Source: Paraspadella gotoi
Taxonomy: Eukaryota > Animalia > Chaetognatha
DNA: 64,000 nt
Assembly: GCA_051294375.1 (NCBI GenBank)
Contig: CM119268.1
Location: forward strand, 5,140,759-5,204,758
Reading direction: 5' to 3'
How positions within the stretch are numbered: position 1 is the first letter of the stretch; each line of letters opens with the position of its first letter. A program made the position numbers and the translations under genes. The notes under the pieces were generated by a model. The model worked only from the letters and a program-made list of their open reading frames with translations. It searched no databases and had not been told where the DNA came from. This document shows, one piece after another, positions 62,302 through 64,000 of this stretch.

Positions 62302-64000
62302 TCTCTCTCTTACTCTCCCTCTTCCTTAAATTAAGGACCCCGATTGTGTGCGGGCCACTTTAAGAAATGTGGTGGTCGATTGTGTGGGTCGGTTTGAGGT
62401 GGCCACTTTTAGGGAGAGGAACAAAAGAGGAATTAATTCTCCTCTCTATTTTATTTTTAATCCCTCTTCTTATTTTTCTCCCTCGTTTACTCTTTCTTTT
62501 TTTTTTCCTTTTTCCCTTTCTTTCTTTATTTTTTCTTCTCTTTTCCTCTCTTTTTTTCCTTTTCCCCCTTTCTTTCTTTGTTTTTTCTTGTCTTTTCCTC
62601 TCTTTTTTTCCTTTTTCCCCTTTCTTTCTTTGTTTTTCTTCTCTTTTCCTCTCTTTTTTTCTTTTTTCTCTTTCTTCTCTTATTTCTTTTTTCTTCCCTT
62701 TTTCTTTTTTCCTTTCTTTTCTTTTCGTTTCCTTTCCTTTTTTTCCTTTTTTCTTATTTTTTCTCTACCATTAGTTTTTAATTTAAATTTTCTTCATTTA
62801 TCATGAAAGAAAAAATATAGGTAAAAGCTTAAAACATTACCTAGGAACGCAAATAAATTTAAATCTATATTTTGTTCCGCTTTACATTATTATACTTTAT
62901 TTGAATTTATATTTTATACATAACCTTTATGACAAATATAAATGTAAAGAAGTCGANNNNNNNNNNNNNNNNNNNNNNNNNNNNNNNNNNNNNNNNNNNN
63001 NNNNNNNNNNNNNNNNNNNNNNNNNNNNNNNNNNNNNNNNNNNNNNNNNNNNNNNNNNNNNNNNNNNNNNNNNNNNNNNNNNNNNNNNNNNNNNNNNNNN
63101 NNNNNNNNNNNNNNNNNNNNNNNNNNNNNNNNNNNNNNNNNNNNNNNNNNNNNNNNNNNNNNNNNNNNNNNNNNNNNNNNNNNNNNNNNNNNNNNNNNNN
63201 NNNNNNNNNNNNNNNNNNNNNNNNNNNNNNNNNNNNNNNNNNNNNNNNNNNNNNNNNNNNNNNNNNNNNNNNNNNNNNNNNNNNNNNNNNNNNNNNNNNN
63301 NNNNNNNNNNNNNNNNNNNNNNNNNNNNNNNNNNNNNNNTGATGATGATGATGATGTTCTACCTTACCAAAGTTTAAACAAAAATTAAATATATTCAAAG
63401 AGTAATCTTCACAATATAATATAATAATATAATCTCTTCAGATCATCCTGTAGAGTTCGAAGAACTAAAATTTAAACCTAAACATTTAATCAATTAATCA
63501 TTATATTTGTTTTATATTTTACATCAGAATGGGTTTAAAAAAAGAATCCGAGTTACGATAAGATCAAAGACGAAAAAAAAANNNNNNNNNNNNNNNNNNN
63601 NNNNNNNNNNNNNNNNNNNNNNNNNNNNNNNNNNNNNNNNNNNNNNNNNNNNNNNNNNNNNNNNNNNNNNNNNNNNNNNNNNNNNNNNNNNNNNNNNNNN
63701 NNNNNNNNNNNNNNNNNNNNNNNNNNNNNNNNNNNNNNNNNNNNNNNNNNNNNNNNNNNNNNNNNNNNNNNNNNNNNNNNNNNNNNNNNNNNNNNNNCGA
63801 CGACGACGAAAAAGACAACGATGCCGACGATCAAAAGGACTTTTTGACAGAAGTCCAATAATATATTAACAACGACTGAGATACAAATACACGACGTCGT
63901 CGTCATCTTTATCGTCGTCGTCGTCGTTGTCAACAAAAACAAAAATAACAACAACAACAACAATTTCTGCTTCCCAACCAAGTAAAACAATCATTACGTC

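Overview
Eukaryotic (invertebrate animal) draft-genome scaffold. It is AT-rich, saturated with (GA)n/(TC)n, (GAC)n, (AAAT)n and (CTTT)n microsatellites, and contains many N gaps. Almost all ORFs in the supplied track are microsatellite translations. One real gene can be reconstructed by hand: the 3' eight exons of a + strand GDNF-family-receptor-like gene (invertebrate Gfrl type). The exons are 11991-12276, 13248-13538, 23468-23629, 27988-28132, 31164-31437, 31612-32324, 32809-32981 and 33335-33816. All introns are GT-AG and phase-compatible, giving 2526 nt = 841 aa + stop. The signal peptide and earlier domains are not in the window or were not recognised. The protein has two 10-Cys GFRalpha (GDNF/GAS1) domains, then a Cys-rich FnI/VWC-like pair and an SEA-like region that resemble the C-terminal half of RECK, then a hydrophobic GPI-type tail. 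The middle of the gene is present in 2-3 copies, and a ~7 kb inverted repeat lies at ~52950-59990. Both sit next to 25-N gaps and carry dense 1-bp indels, so they are most likely long-read gap-filling artefacts. Also present are a TTAA-flanked Kolobok-like MITE, two related fold-back MITEs, several minisatellites and candidate RFX, E-box and DR1 motifs. No prokaryotic-type system, CRISPR array, rRNA or intact tRNA was seen.
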